From positions 1 through 61,731 of the forward strand of contig DATICE010000090.1 of assembly GCA_035456985.1 (NCBI GenBank): a stretch of 61,731 nt of DNA, given 5' to 3'. Source of the stretch: Burkholderiales bacterium. GTDB lineage: Bacteria; Pseudomonadota; Gammaproteobacteria; Burkholderiales; SG8-41. Shown one piece after another: positions 18,743-27,734 of this stretch (position 1 is the stretch's first letter; each line of letters opens with the position of its first letter). The notes beneath the pieces are model-generated. The model ran no database searches. It was given only the letters and a program-made list of their open reading frames with translations, and was not told where the DNA came from. Made by a program: the position numbers and the translations under genes.

Positions 18743-18994
18743 CGCGTCGAGGGGCGAAACAGCGATCGGCGGAACATGGAGCAGGGGCCCCGTTTACGGG
18801 GATGCGACCGTGCAGCCGATCAATGGCGCGTCGTTCAAGTGCCGATCCTGCGCGCGTCTCCGGGGTCAGACCCCAGAGGGTCCCTCTTCCGCCCGTCGAC
18901 GCGCCCCATTCATGGAGATGTGATCCCCGGTGACGCGCAGGGCGGCCGATACCATGTGTCCGATTATTTGCGATGACATGTCAGAGGCCGCGGG

Positions 18995-19498
18995 ATGGCG
19001 ACCGGTGGCCGGAAGGAAGTGGTGAGCGATCCGGAAGCAGAGCAGAAGCGCGGCGGTCTGAAGAGCGACCAGTTCTCCGGGCTGATGCTCGTCGCGCTTG
19101 CTCTCTACGTGGGGTGGGAGAACCGGGTATATCCGGTCGGGACCCTCCAGGAGCCCGGGCCCGGCTACATGCCGCTTCTCCTCGTGATCTTTCTCGGCGC
19201 GATGGGGCTGCTGATCGCGCTGTGGGGCGCGCGGTCGAAGCCGCTCGCCGCGATGCAATGGCCGGAGGCCACCCGCGCGGTCGTGATACTCGTCGCGTGC
19301 GGATTCGCCGCGTTCGCGCTGGAGCGGATCGGCTACCGGCTCACCGTGATCGCGCTCCTCGTCTTCCTCCTCGGCGTGCTCGAGCGCAAGCGGCCGGTGC
19401 CGGTGGCCCTGGTGGCGCTCGGCTTCAGCTTTGCCTCGTTCTACGTGGTGGGCGACCTGCTGCACGTGCCGCTTCCCCGGAGCCCCTGGGGCTTCTAA
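18995..19498 (+). CDS. tctB: TctB-family small membrane subunit
   Basis: 167 aa with 4 hydrophobic segments, positioned between tctC and tctA. The start is uncertain. Confidence 0.78.
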   Translation: MATGGRKEVVSDPEAEQKRGGLKSDQFSGLMLVALALYVGWENRVYPVGTLQEPGPGYMPLLLVIFLGAMGLLIALWGARSKPLAAMQWPEATRAVVILVACGFAAFALERIGYRLTVIALLVFLLGVLERKRPVPVALVALGFSFASFYVVGDLLHVPLPRSPWGF

Positions 19499-19522
19499 CC
19501 GGCGTCGGCCGCCACCGAATTA

Positions 19523-21040
19523 ATGGTTGAAACTTTCAACGATCTCCTGCTGGGCTTTTCGGTCGCACTACAGCCCTCGATCCTGGTCTATGCGTTCGTA
19601 GGCTGCGTGATCGGTACGCTGGTCGGCATGATGCCGGGCCTCGGGCCTCTCGCCGGCATCAGCCTGCTGCTGCCCGCGACGTTCGGACTGAATCCGATCA
19701 TCGCCATCGTGCTGCTCGCCGGCGTCTATTACGGCGCGATGTATGGCGGCTCCACGACCTCGATCCTGATGCGGATTCCCGGCGAGGCCGCCTCGGTGAT
19801 GACCTGCATCGACGGCTACGCGATGACGCAGAACGGCCGCGCCGGTCCGGCGCTCGCCATCGCCGCGATCGGCTCGTTCATTGCCGGGACGCTCGGCGTG
19901 ATCGGGCTCATGCTGCTCGCGCCCACTCTTGCAGCGTTTGCGCTGCGCTTCGGGCCGCCGGAGTATACGGCGCTGCTGTTGATGGGGCTGTTCATACTTG
20001 CCTACATGAGCGGCGGCTCGATGCTGAAGACGCTCGCCATGGCGGGGCTTGGCCTGCTGATCGGCATGATCGGCATCGACATCATGAGCGGCTACACGCG
20101 CTTCAGCTTTAACATCGTGGAACTCGGAGACGGCGTCGGCATCGTGCCGGTGGCGGTGGGGCTTTTCGGCGTATCCGAAATACTTTTGACGGCAGGCGGG
20201 GCAACGGCGCCCGACGTGCAGCGGCCGAAGCTGCGTGACCTGATTCCCTCGCGCGAGGAGTTTCGCCTCTCGGCGGGGCCGATCGCGCGCGGGAGCCTGC
20301 TCGGGTTCCTGATCGGCATCATTCCGGGTTCTGCGCACATCATCTCCTCCTTCGTGTCCTACGGCATCGAGCGCCGGATATCGAAGCATCCGGAGCGCTT
20401 CGGCAACGGCGCGATCGAGGGCGTGGCGGGACCCGAGTCCGCGAACAACGCCGCGGCGAGCGGCGCGTTCGTGCCGATGCTCGCGCTCGGAATCCCGACG
20501 AGCCCCGTCACCGCGGTGATGATCGCGGCCATCATGGTGCACGGCGTGCTGCCGGGCCCGATGCTGATCCAGCAGCAGCCGGAGCTGTTCTGGGGGTTCG
20601 TGGCGAGCATGTACGTGGGCAATGTGGTGCTGCTTATCCTGAACCTGCCGATGGTCGGGTTGTTCGTCAACCTGCTGCGCATCCCCTACAGCTATCTCTA
20701 CCCGTGCATCCTGTGCTTCTGCATCCTCGGCACCTATTCCGTGGCCAACAACCTGATCGACGTGTGGATCCTGCTCGCGATGGGCGCGATCGGCTACGTG
20801 TTGCGCAAGTTCCGTTACGATCTCGCGCCCGTGGCGCTGGGTCTGGTGCTGGCCCCGATGATCGAACTGTCGCTGCGGCAGTCGCTCGCGATGAGCGCGG
20901 GCGACTACGGCATCTTCCTCGAGCGCCCCATCGCCACCACGATGCTGGTGCTCGGGCTGATCATGTTCCTGTTCGCCCTCAAGCCGCTCGTCTTCAAGGG
21001 CAAGGACTGGCGGTCGACCGTAGGCCTCGAAAACGAGTGA
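19523..21040 (+). CDS. tctA: TctA-family large permease
   Basis: 505-aa polytopic protein with typical TctA N-terminal sequence (GCVIGTLVGMMPGLGP...YYGAMYGGSTTSIL). Confidence 0.93.
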   Translation: MVETFNDLLLGFSVALQPSILVYAFVGCVIGTLVGMMPGLGPLAGISLLLPATFGLNPIIAIVLLAGVYYGAMYGGSTTSILMRIPGEAASVMTCIDGYAMTQNGRAGPALAIAAIGSFIAGTLGVIGLMLLAPTLAAFALRFGPPEYTALLLMGLFILAYMSGGSMLKTLAMAGLGLLIGMIGIDIMSGYTRFSFNIVELGDGVGIVPVAVGLFGVSEILLTAGGATAPDVQRPKLRDLIPSREEFRLSAGPIARGSLLGFLIGIIPGSAHIISSFVSYGIERRISKHPERFGNGAIEGVAGPESANNAAASGAFVPMLALGIPTSPVTAVMIAAIMVHGVLPGPMLIQQQPELFWGFVASMYVGNVVLLILNLPMVGLFVNLLRIPYSYLYPCILCFCILGTYSVANNLIDVWILLAMGAIGYVLRKFRYDLAPVALGLVLAPMIELSLRQSLAMSAGDYGIFLERPIATTMLVLGLIMFLFALKPLVFKGKDWRSTVGLENE

Positions 21041-21229
21041 CCTGCGGCTGACGGCCGCTGACCGGTCGCGCGGCGGGCCGTCTCTGCCGCAAGACGGGAA
21101 CTCAGGAGAATCAAGTCGCAACGGCTTGTCCGTCGTCACGGGGCGACACATTCCGGAATTCTTGTCCCGGACTGTGAGCTCTTTCAGTCACCGGTCCCGC
21201 GGTTCCAAAGTTGTTGTAGCATTCGCGCC

Positions 21230-22078
21230 ATGAAATACCTGGCTCGGCCGGCATTGGGCATACTGGCGCTCTGCGCGGCGGTTGCCCTTGCGAGCGACGT
21301 CAAGGACGGCGGGCCATACGTGCCCACGCCCCAGGCCGTGGTGGACGCCATGCTCGAGATCGCCAAAGTCGGGCCGGGTGATTTTGTCGTCGACCTCGGT
21401 TCGGGCGACGGGCGCATCGTGCTGACGGGGGCGACACGCCGCAAGGCGAGTGGCATGGGCGTGGACATCGACGGCGAGCTGGTCGACCTCGCCAACACCT
21501 CGGCGCAGCGCCTCGGCGTCGCGGACCGCGTGCGGTTCCTCCGGCAGGACGTGCTCGAGGCCGATCTCAGCCGTGCGACCGTGCTCACGCTCTACCTGCT
21601 GCCGAACATGATGGAGCGGTTGCGGCCGAAGCTCCTGAAGGAGCTCAAGCCGGGCGCGCGCATCGTGTCACACGATTTCGATCTCGGCGAATGGAGGCCG
21701 GACCGCAGCGTGGACGTGCAGACTTCGGAAAAATACGACATCTCGGGCAGCTGGACCTCCACCGTGTACCTGTGGACGGTGCCCGCCGCCGTGGAAGGCG
21801 CCTGGGTCGGCAACGTGGACGGTGCGCGTGGCGCGGCCTTCCGGCTGGAGATCAAGCAGCGCTACCAGCAGCTCGAAGGCCGCCTGGTGCGCGACGCCAG
21901 GGCGATGACAGTGCGCGATGCGCGGATCGACGGCACGCGCATCCGCTTCAGCGCGCCGGGGGCGGACGGGCGGCTCGAAACCTATACCGGCACCGTCCAG
22001 GACGGGAGAATCACCGGCGAAGCGCGTTCCGGGGCCGGATCGACGACAGTGCGCTGGAGCGCCACCCGCGTTCCTTGA
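21230..22078 (+). CDS. Signal-peptide-bearing class I SAM-methyltransferase-fold protein, array paralog 1
   Basis: The N-terminus MKYLARPALGILALCAAVALA has an AxA site. It is followed by PYVPTPQAVVDAMLEIAKV, motif I VVDLGSGDGRIV, GVDID, LTLYLLP and VSHDF. The conserved C-terminal domain has WTVPAAVEGAW...EIKQRYQQLEG...F.G.V.DG.I.G...W.A.R. Confidence 0.88.
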   Translation: MKYLARPALGILALCAAVALASDVKDGGPYVPTPQAVVDAMLEIAKVGPGDFVVDLGSGDGRIVLTGATRRKASGMGVDIDGELVDLANTSAQRLGVADRVRFLRQDVLEADLSRATVLTLYLLPNMMERLRPKLLKELKPGARIVSHDFDLGEWRPDRSVDVQTSEKYDISGSWTSTVYLWTVPAAVEGAWVGNVDGARGAAFRLEIKQRYQQLEGRLVRDARAMTVRDARIDGTRIRFSAPGADGRLETYTGTVQDGRITGEARSGAGSTTVRWSATRVP

Positions 22079-22092
22079 AAGGCTGAAATTCC

Positions 22093-22968
22093 ATGGAAAC
22101 TCATCGTCACTTGACGCGCCGCCGCCTGCTGATCGCGCTCGGCGCACTCCCCCTTGCGCAGTACGCCACGGCCGCCGACATCGAGCTCGCCCGCACCGGC
22201 GGGCCGTACGTACCCACCCCGCAGATCGTGGTGGACGAGATGCTGCGCATGGCGAAGGTCGGCGCGGACGATTTCGTGGTCGACCTCGGCTCGGGTGACG
22301 GGATCATCGTGCTGACGGCGGCAACGCGCCTCAAGGCGCGGGGACTCGGAGTGGATATCGATCCCGAGCTCGTCCAGTTTTCGAACAGCGAGGCAAGGAA
22401 ACGCGGTGTGGCCGATCGCGCGAGCTTCCGCGTGATGGACGTGTTCAAGGCCGACATCAGCAAGGCGTCGGTGGTGACGCTCTACCTGCTGCCCGGGATG
22501 ATGACGGATCTGCGGCCGAAGATCTTCGGCGAGCTGAAGCCCGGCACGCGGGTCGTGTCGCACGACTATAGCTTCGGAGACGAGTGGCGCCCCGACGACC
22601 AGTACACCTGGGACGTTCCCGAGAAAGAAAAGGTGAACGGCGTCCCGCGGGCGACCATTTACCTCTGGATTATCCCCGCACAGGTCGCCGGCCGCTGGCA
22701 GCTCAACCTCGCCGCGCCCGTCGCGGAGCGTTACGACCTTGCTATCAAGCAGCGTTACCAGAGCCTTGAAGGCGTGGTCAGCGGCAGCGGAGCCAAAGGT
22801 GTCCGGCTCACGCAGTCGCATCTTCAGGGGGAAACCATCTCGTTCGCGTTCCCGGCAGGGGGCGACCGCCACCGCTTCAAGGGGCGCGTCTCGGGCAACA
22901 CCATGGAAGGCACGGTCGAGCTCGCCGGCGGCAAGGGCGCGGCGAAGTGGACCGCCACCCGCCTCTAG
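22093..22968 (+). CDS. Array paralog 2 (Tat-like signal)
   Basis: The N-terminus HLTRRRLLIALGALPLAQYATAA is Tat-like. It has the same methyltransferase core (VVDLGSGDGIIV) and C-terminal domain (WIIPAQVAGRWQL...AIKQRYQSLEG...FKGRVSGNTMEG). Confidence 0.88.
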   Translation: METHRHLTRRRLLIALGALPLAQYATAADIELARTGGPYVPTPQIVVDEMLRMAKVGADDFVVDLGSGDGIIVLTAATRLKARGLGVDIDPELVQFSNSEARKRGVADRASFRVMDVFKADISKASVVTLYLLPGMMTDLRPKIFGELKPGTRVVSHDYSFGDEWRPDDQYTWDVPEKEKVNGVPRATIYLWIIPAQVAGRWQLNLAAPVAERYDLAIKQRYQSLEGVVSGSGAKGVRLTQSHLQGETISFAFPAGGDRHRFKGRVSGNTMEGTVELAGGKGAAKWTATRL

Positions 22969-22983
22969 TTCCCCGGTTCGCCG

Positions 22984-23031
22984 AGGAAAATCATGGACTG
23001 ACCTGACACCGGGTCTGTCCCTGATTTTCCT
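22984..23031 (+). terminator. Long imperfect hairpin at the boundary of the AT-richer island (possible terminator)
   Basis: AGGAAAATCA (22984-93) pairs with TGATTTTCCT (23022-31). An inner GGAC/GTCC pairing is possible. A T-rich tail follows. The hairpin is 16 nt after the paralog 2 stop. Confidence 0.4.
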
Positions 23032-23170
23032 TTCCCTGCGCCGCTCCGCGGCGAACAGGGACCCCAAGAACGGCGGTTGTCGGCCAATACCGGACACTCG
23101 CTTGTCGCCCGGAATTGCTCCATTTCGGTGCCCGGCGTAACGTATTGGCGAGGTGACGGTTGGCGAGGAG

Positions 23171-23218
23171 TGTCAATTAACAAGTCAACTAATTTGTCAC
23201 CTAATAAGTCAACCAATT
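23171..23218. repeat. Four tandem 12-nt units (T/A)GTCA(A/C)NNAANN upstream of a small gene
   Basis: The sequence reads tgtcaattaaca agtcaactaatt tgtcacctaata agtcaaccaatt. It ends 31 nt before ATG 23250 in locally AT-rich DNA. Confidence 0.8.
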
Positions 23219-23249
23219 CACGTTAGACGCTTTTGGGCTCGGACGGCTC

Positions 23250-23594
23250 ATGAAGAGCTACACCTTATGGTTCGTCCTTCTGATTCTTCAGGCATTTCTT
23301 ACGTTCGGGCTTTACATGACATGGAGTACTTTCCAGAGTATTCACGACGACTCTCTGTCGAAGGCTTTGCGCGAGACAACTCGCATGGAAAGTCAAACCA
23401 TTGCTGCAGGTCCTGCGCGAACCGTTATTGATCAACAAGCCTTCCAGATTCACAGCGCACGCTCTGACCAAGCTGAGTTGCTCGAATGGACGTCGTGGTG
23501 GTTCTATCTATCTCTCGCGATCTTCGCTGTGCAACTTTCGGCTTTACTCGGAGTGCTCTTTCTTGGCCGACGAAAGCAGCATGAAAGCGTCTAA
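23250..23594 (+). CDS. Small hypothetical membrane protein (TM helix at each end)
   Basis: 114 aa with LWFVLLILQAFLTFGLYM and WWFYLSLAIFAVQLSALLGVLFL. Codon usage is AT-richer than in the neighbours. I preferred it over the overlapping ORF 23153-23431. Confidence 0.55.
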   Translation: MKSYTLWFVLLILQAFLTFGLYMTWSTFQSIHDDSLSKALRETTRMESQTIAAGPARTVIDQQAFQIHSARSDQAELLEWTSWWFYLSLAIFAVQLSALLGVLFLGRRKQHESV

Positions 23595-23770
23595 CCACGC
23601 GATCGACCGCGACGCCAGAAAGTGCTTCGCGCTTCCCGGCGCGCGTCATCGCGGACGTTATGCGATCGTTGGACGTGCGATGACGAAGCGGCGGGGGCGT
23701 TGCCATCAAGACTTCTGATGGAACAGGCGGGCTCATTGTCCGGCGAGCTCGGAAGAATGACCTTGCTGGA

Positions 23771-24211
23771 TTGCTGGCGTGTTTGGCCGTCGCTTTCGAA
23801 CCGTACCGGGAGAGCTACACGCCCGAGGCGTTCCGAGACACTGTGCTAACCGCCCACAACGCCGATCGGCGGTTGAGGGACATGATGGTTCTTGTTGCTG
23901 AAAACGATTCGGGCAGAATCGTCGGAACGATCGCGTATCAGGTGGTGGCCCCCGGGGAGGGGCACCTCCGTGGGATGGCCGTCGTTCCGGAGTCTCAAGG
24001 CCGAGGCGTTGCCGAACGGTTGCTCTTCGCTGCGGAAGACGGGCTGCGAAGGTTGGGATGCGTGCGCGTGACTCTGGACACCACGGAGCCTCTCAAGAGA
24101 GCCATTTCGTTCTACTCGCGACAGGGGTACAAGCCGACCGGCACGGTGAAGGATTTCTTCGGAATGCCGCTGTTCGCGTATGAGAAGTCCTGGAAGGGGG
24201 GCGCCGCATAA
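23771..24211 (+). CDS. GNAT acetyltransferase, 5' end possibly damaged
   Basis: The core is HLRGMAVVPESQGRGVAERLL...FYSRQGY. The first listed start is TTG 23771, but in-frame upstream codons (23735 onward) encode IVRRARKNDLAGLLA without a canonical start. Confidence 0.7.
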   Translation: MLACLAVAFEPYRESYTPEAFRDTVLTAHNADRRLRDMMVLVAENDSGRIVGTIAYQVVAPGEGHLRGMAVVPESQGRGVAERLLFAAEDGLRRLGCVRVTLDTTEPLKRAISFYSRQGYKPTGTVKDFFGMPLFAYEKSWKGGAA

Positions 24212-24237
24212 CCACCGCGCAAAGTCACAGGAACCGG

Positions 24238-25842
24238 TCAGTTGACCAGGAACGCCGCCGGCAGCGACTGCACCACCGCGCGCCGGTAGACGATCTGGCT
24301 CTCCGCGATGTCGAACAGCGCCCGGTTGCGGGCGTCGGTCACGATCTCCCCGTCCCGCAGGAGCCCCAGGTCGAGCGTGAGCGGGCGCTCGAGCATGGCG
24401 TCGAGCGCCGCGGTGTGCTGCAAGGGCACGTAATCGAGCAGGATCTGCTGCGGCGCGGGCAGCGGGCGCGTGCCGGCGACAATGAAGCTGTTGATATGCG
24501 CCACTCCCAGCCAATCCGGCCGGTAGAGAACCATGTGGGGTAGTTCCTCGCGCAGCGTGGCAAGGAGATGCGCGTATGCGACCGGATGCTCGAGATCGGC
24601 AAAAGTGTTGAATACCGCGATGCCGTCGGGTACGAGGCAGCGCCTCAGGTCGGCGAAGAAATCCCGCGTGACGAGGTAGTCCGGAGTGCCGTCGCCGTGG
24701 AACAAGTCCACGACAATCAGGTCGTGGGCGCGGCTGCAGCGCTTCAACTGGGTGCGCGCGTCTGCGAGATGCACGCGCACGCGCGCGGGGTCGAAGCCGA
24801 AGTAGCGAGTGGCAGCCTCGAGCGAGGCGGGATCGATCTCGACCGCTTCGACATCCACCCCGTTCCTGGCAAGGCGCATCGGCACGATGCCCGCCCCGAG
24901 GCCGAGCACCAGCGCCGAGCCGATGCGGGGGCGATAAGCATAGGCGAGGGCCTCCAGCGCGTAGGTGTAGAACGACAGCGAGCGGCCGTTGGAGGCGACC
25001 GTGTTCTGCACCAGCCCGTCCTGGAAGTAGATGCGGGAGTAGAGGCCGGTGACGTCGGGGTCGCTGCGCAGGATCTTCACTGTCCCGAACAGGGAGCGGA
25101 AGCTCGCCTCGACCCGCCAGACCTTGCCCCCGTAGACTGCCGGCCACATGCGCCCGGTATAGGCGTCGGCCTGCCACAGCATCAGCCCCGCGACGAGCGT
25201 CGCGGCGGCGCCGGCGAGCCCCACCCGGACGCGGCCGGCGAGCGGCGCGGGCAGCCGCGCTGCGACGGCGAGCGGGAGCAGCGCCATCAATAGAGCCACC
25301 ACCAGCGTCGCCGAAAAGTTGTTCAGGTAGTGGATCAACCCGAAGCCGGTGGCGAGCACGCCCGCGACCGAGCCGAGCGTGCTGACAAAGAAAACCGTGC
25401 CGGAGCCGGCGTCGGCCGGACGCCCGCCGCCGCGCGCCATGAGGATAGCCACCAGCAGCGGGTTCATCGCCGAGGCCGCGAACAGCGGCACGAACAGCAG
25501 CGTCAGGCACGCCACGAACGCCCCCGTCACGAGGTCTGCGCTGGCAAGCTTTGGAAAAAGCCAGGGATAGGCGAGACAGGCCGCGGCGATGGCCAGGGAG
25601 GCGACGGCCGGCATTACCGCGAAGAGAAGCGTCAGGCGGGCCAGGTTGCCGGTGGCGCGCCGGCCGGCGGCGAGGCGGCCCCCCGCCCAGTAGCCGAGCG
25701 CGAGCGCGATCAACGTGATCGAGAGAATTCCAGTCCAGATATACAGGCTGACGCCGAAGTAGGGCGTCAAGATTCGCGAAGCGAGGAGCTCCAGCGCGAG
25801 CACGGAGGCGCCGGAGAGAAAGAGGATGGCGTAGAGAATCAT
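24238..25842 (-). CDS. Membrane-fused spermidine-synthase-like protein (polytopic N-terminus plus SpeE-type class I MTase-fold C-terminus)
   Basis: MILYAILFLSGASVLALELLASRILTPYFG is followed by about 7 hydrophobic segments. The C-terminal part has VLGLGAGIVP...VEIDP...DLIVVDLF. An alternative start at 25902 adds 20 aa. The rest of the 865-aa track ORF is antisense to paralog 3. Confidence 0.85.
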   Translation of the reverse strand: MILYAILFLSGASVLALELLASRILTPYFGVSLYIWTGILSITLIALALGYWAGGRLAAGRRATGNLARLTLLFAVMPAVASLAIAAACLAYPWLFPKLASADLVTGAFVACLTLLFVPLFAASAMNPLLVAILMARGGGRPADAGSGTVFFVSTLGSVAGVLATGFGLIHYLNNFSATLVVALLMALLPLAVAARLPAPLAGRVRVGLAGAAATLVAGLMLWQADAYTGRMWPAVYGGKVWRVEASFRSLFGTVKILRSDPDVTGLYSRIYFQDGLVQNTVASNGRSLSFYTYALEALAYAYRPRIGSALVLGLGAGIVPMRLARNGVDVEAVEIDPASLEAATRYFGFDPARVRVHLADARTQLKRCSRAHDLIVVDLFHGDGTPDYLVTRDFFADLRRCLVPDGIAVFNTFADLEHPVAYAHLLATLREELPHMVLYRPDWLGVAHINSFIVAGTRPLPAPQQILLDYVPLQHTAALDAMLERPLTLDLGLLRDGEIVTDARNRALFDIAESQIVYRRAVVQSLPAAFLVN

Positions 25843-25923
25843 GTCGATCGCTTGAGTCGGGTATAATCCGGGCCTTTCCGGAATCGCCGGTTCCACCGGC
25901 ATCAGATCGGAATTTAACCACAG

Positions 25924-26838
25924 ATGCCGCTCCCGCCGCGCTGGCACAAGGTCCCGGCCGCCGCCCGCTTCGCAATTCACGTGACGACGCTGGCGGCGCT
26001 CTCGCTGTCGCCGGCACGCGCTCTCGAACCCAGGGTGCCGTACGTTCCGACGCCGCAGGAAGTGGTGGAGCGTATGCTGGAAATCGCCAAGGTCGGCCCG
26101 CACGACTATCTGATCGACCTGGGCTCCGGAGACGGTCGCATCGTGGTCACCGCGGCGAGGAAATACGGGACGCGCGGCTTCGGCGTGGACTTGAATCCCG
26201 AGCGCATCCGGGAGAGCACGGAAAACGCGCGGCGGGCGGGCGTCAGCGACAAGGTTGCCTTCTACCAGCGCGACCTGTTCGAGACCAACCTCGCCGACGC
26301 CACGGTCATCACCATGTACCTGCTGCCCCAGGTCAACATCGAGTTGCGGCCGAGACTGCTCGAGTTGAAGCCCGGCACGCGCCTCGTCTCCCACGATTTC
26401 GATATGGACGACTGGAAGCCGGACACCCATATCAAGATCGACGCACAGGACAAGTACGGCGGCGCCGGCGGGCAAAGCGACATCTACTTCTGGATCGTGC
26501 CGGCCCGCGTTGCCGGGGTGTGGCGGTGGGAGCTGCCGGTCTCGGGCAAGCCGCTCGACTACGAGGTAACGCTGCAGCAGAGATACCAGGTGTTCACGGG
26601 GTCGGCCGCGGTCGGCGGCCGCTCGGCCAAGCTGCAGAACGCGCGCCTGCGGGGCGACACGATCCGGTTCTCGTTCACAGTGGAAGTGAACGGCGCGCCG
26701 GTAAAGCACGAGTTCAGCGGCAGGGTCGCGGGCGAAACCGTCACCGGCTCGGCGCGTTTGTCGGGCGCCCGCCTGCAGGGGCAGCACGAATGGAGCGCGC
26801 GGCGCATCGCGCCGGCGCCGCTCACCGCGCTCCACTGA
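25924..26838 (+). CDS. Array paralog 3
   Basis: The hydrophobic N-terminus ends in ARA. It is followed by VPYVPTPQEVVERMLEIAKV, LIDLGSGDGRIV, GVDLNP, ITMYLLP and VSHDF. The C-terminal domain has FWIVPARVAGVWRW...TLQQRYQVFTG...FSGRVAGETVTG...WSARR. Confidence 0.88.
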   Translation: MPLPPRWHKVPAAARFAIHVTTLAALSLSPARALEPRVPYVPTPQEVVERMLEIAKVGPHDYLIDLGSGDGRIVVTAARKYGTRGFGVDLNPERIRESTENARRAGVSDKVAFYQRDLFETNLADATVITMYLLPQVNIELRPRLLELKPGTRLVSHDFDMDDWKPDTHIKIDAQDKYGGAGGQSDIYFWIVPARVAGVWRWELPVSGKPLDYEVTLQQRYQVFTGSAAVGGRSAKLQNARLRGDTIRFSFTVEVNGAPVKHEFSGRVAGETVTGSARLSGARLQGQHEWSARRIAPAPLTALH

Positions 26839-26840
26839 GA

Positions 26841-27734
26841 ATGTTCCGCAGGATCCTCGTCGCGTGTCTCATCGCGACCCCGGTGGCTGCGCAGGATTGG
26901 GGCGATACCCCGTACGTACAGACGCCGCAGAACGTGGTGGACACGATGCTCGAGATCGCCAAGGTCGGCCCCCGCGATTACGTCATCGACCTCGGCTCGG
27001 GCGACGGGCGCATGGTGATCACGGCGGCGAAGAAATACGGCGCGCGCGGCTTCGGCGTCGACCTCGACCGGAAGCTCGTCGCGCTCGCCAATCGCAACGC
27101 CCGCCAGGCCGGCGTTGCGAACCGGGCGGTGTTCTATCAGCGCGACCTGCACGAGACCGACGTCAGCGCCGCCACGGTCATGAGCATCTATCTGCTGCCG
27201 GAAGTGAACCTGATGATCCGCTCGCGGCTCCTCGCGACCCTGAAGCCCGGCACGCGCATCGTGTCCCACGACTACGGCATGGGCGAGTGGCAGCCCGATT
27301 ACCAGACGGAGCTGGACGCCCCCGGCAAACCGGTCGGAATTTCCCAGCGCAGCAAGATCTTTTACTGGATGGTGCCGGGCCGCGCCGCCGGGCGCTGGTT
27401 CTGGCGGCTCGCGGGGGACGCCAAGCCCGCCGAGTTCGAGCTCGCCCTCCAGCAGAATTTCCAGGCGATCGACGGCACGCTCAAGACGGGCGGAAGCACC
27501 GTCCGCGTGGAAAACGCCAGGCTCGCCGGCGAGGACATCGCCTTTTCCGCGGCGGTGGGCGGGGCCAGGTACGAGTTCACCGGCCGCATCCACCGCCACA
27601 CGATCGAGGGCAAGGCGCGCGTTCTCCGCGGCGCGGAAGCACGGGAACTGCCGTGGTCCGCGACACGCACCGAGGTCTGGGACCCGCGGCACGCGTCCCT
27701 GACGACGGAACAGGCGCTCAAGGAAATCCATTGA
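26841..27734 (+). CDS. Array paralog 4
   Basis: ATG lies 2 nt after the paralog 3 stop. The N-terminus is MFRRILVACLIATPVAA. The same core (VIDLGSGDGRMV) and C-terminal domain are present. The track start at 26520 is an over-extension. Confidence 0.88.
   Translation: MFRRILVACLIATPVAAQDWGDTPYVQTPQNVVDTMLEIAKVGPRDYVIDLGSGDGRMVITAAKKYGARGFGVDLDRKLVALANRNARQAGVANRAVFYQRDLHETDVSAATVMSIYLLPEVNLMIRSRLLATLKPGTRIVSHDYGMGEWQPDYQTELDAPGKPVGISQRSKIFYWMVPGRAAGRWFWRLAGDAKPAEFELALQQNFQAIDGTLKTGGSTVRVENARLAGEDIAFSAAVGGARYEFTGRIHRHTIEGKARVLRGAEARELPWSATRTEVWDPRHASLTTEQALKEIH

Noticed and set aside
18743-18994. Unusually long (252 nt) spacer between tctC and tctB with several small GC hairpins. I considered a small RNA, a riboswitch or a gene remnant.
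   Set aside because: There is no tRNA-like arm, no terminator T-tract and no recognisable riboswitch core. The true tctB start may also lie upstream of 18995 and shorten the gap.
23153-23431. 92-aa ORF that would translate the 12-nt repeats as QLTS-QLIC-HLIS-QPIH.
   Set aside because: It overlaps the more protein-like two-TM ORF 23250-23594 in another frame. Its product is Cys/Arg/Ser-rich with no hydrophobic core. The repeats are more plausibly non-coding.
22969-23770. Calling the AT-richer island a mobile element.
   Set aside because: No integrase, transposase, tRNA target, terminal inverted repeats or flanking direct repeats could be identified. Only the composition shift and internal repeats are visible, so I reported it as an observation, not as a mobile_element feature.
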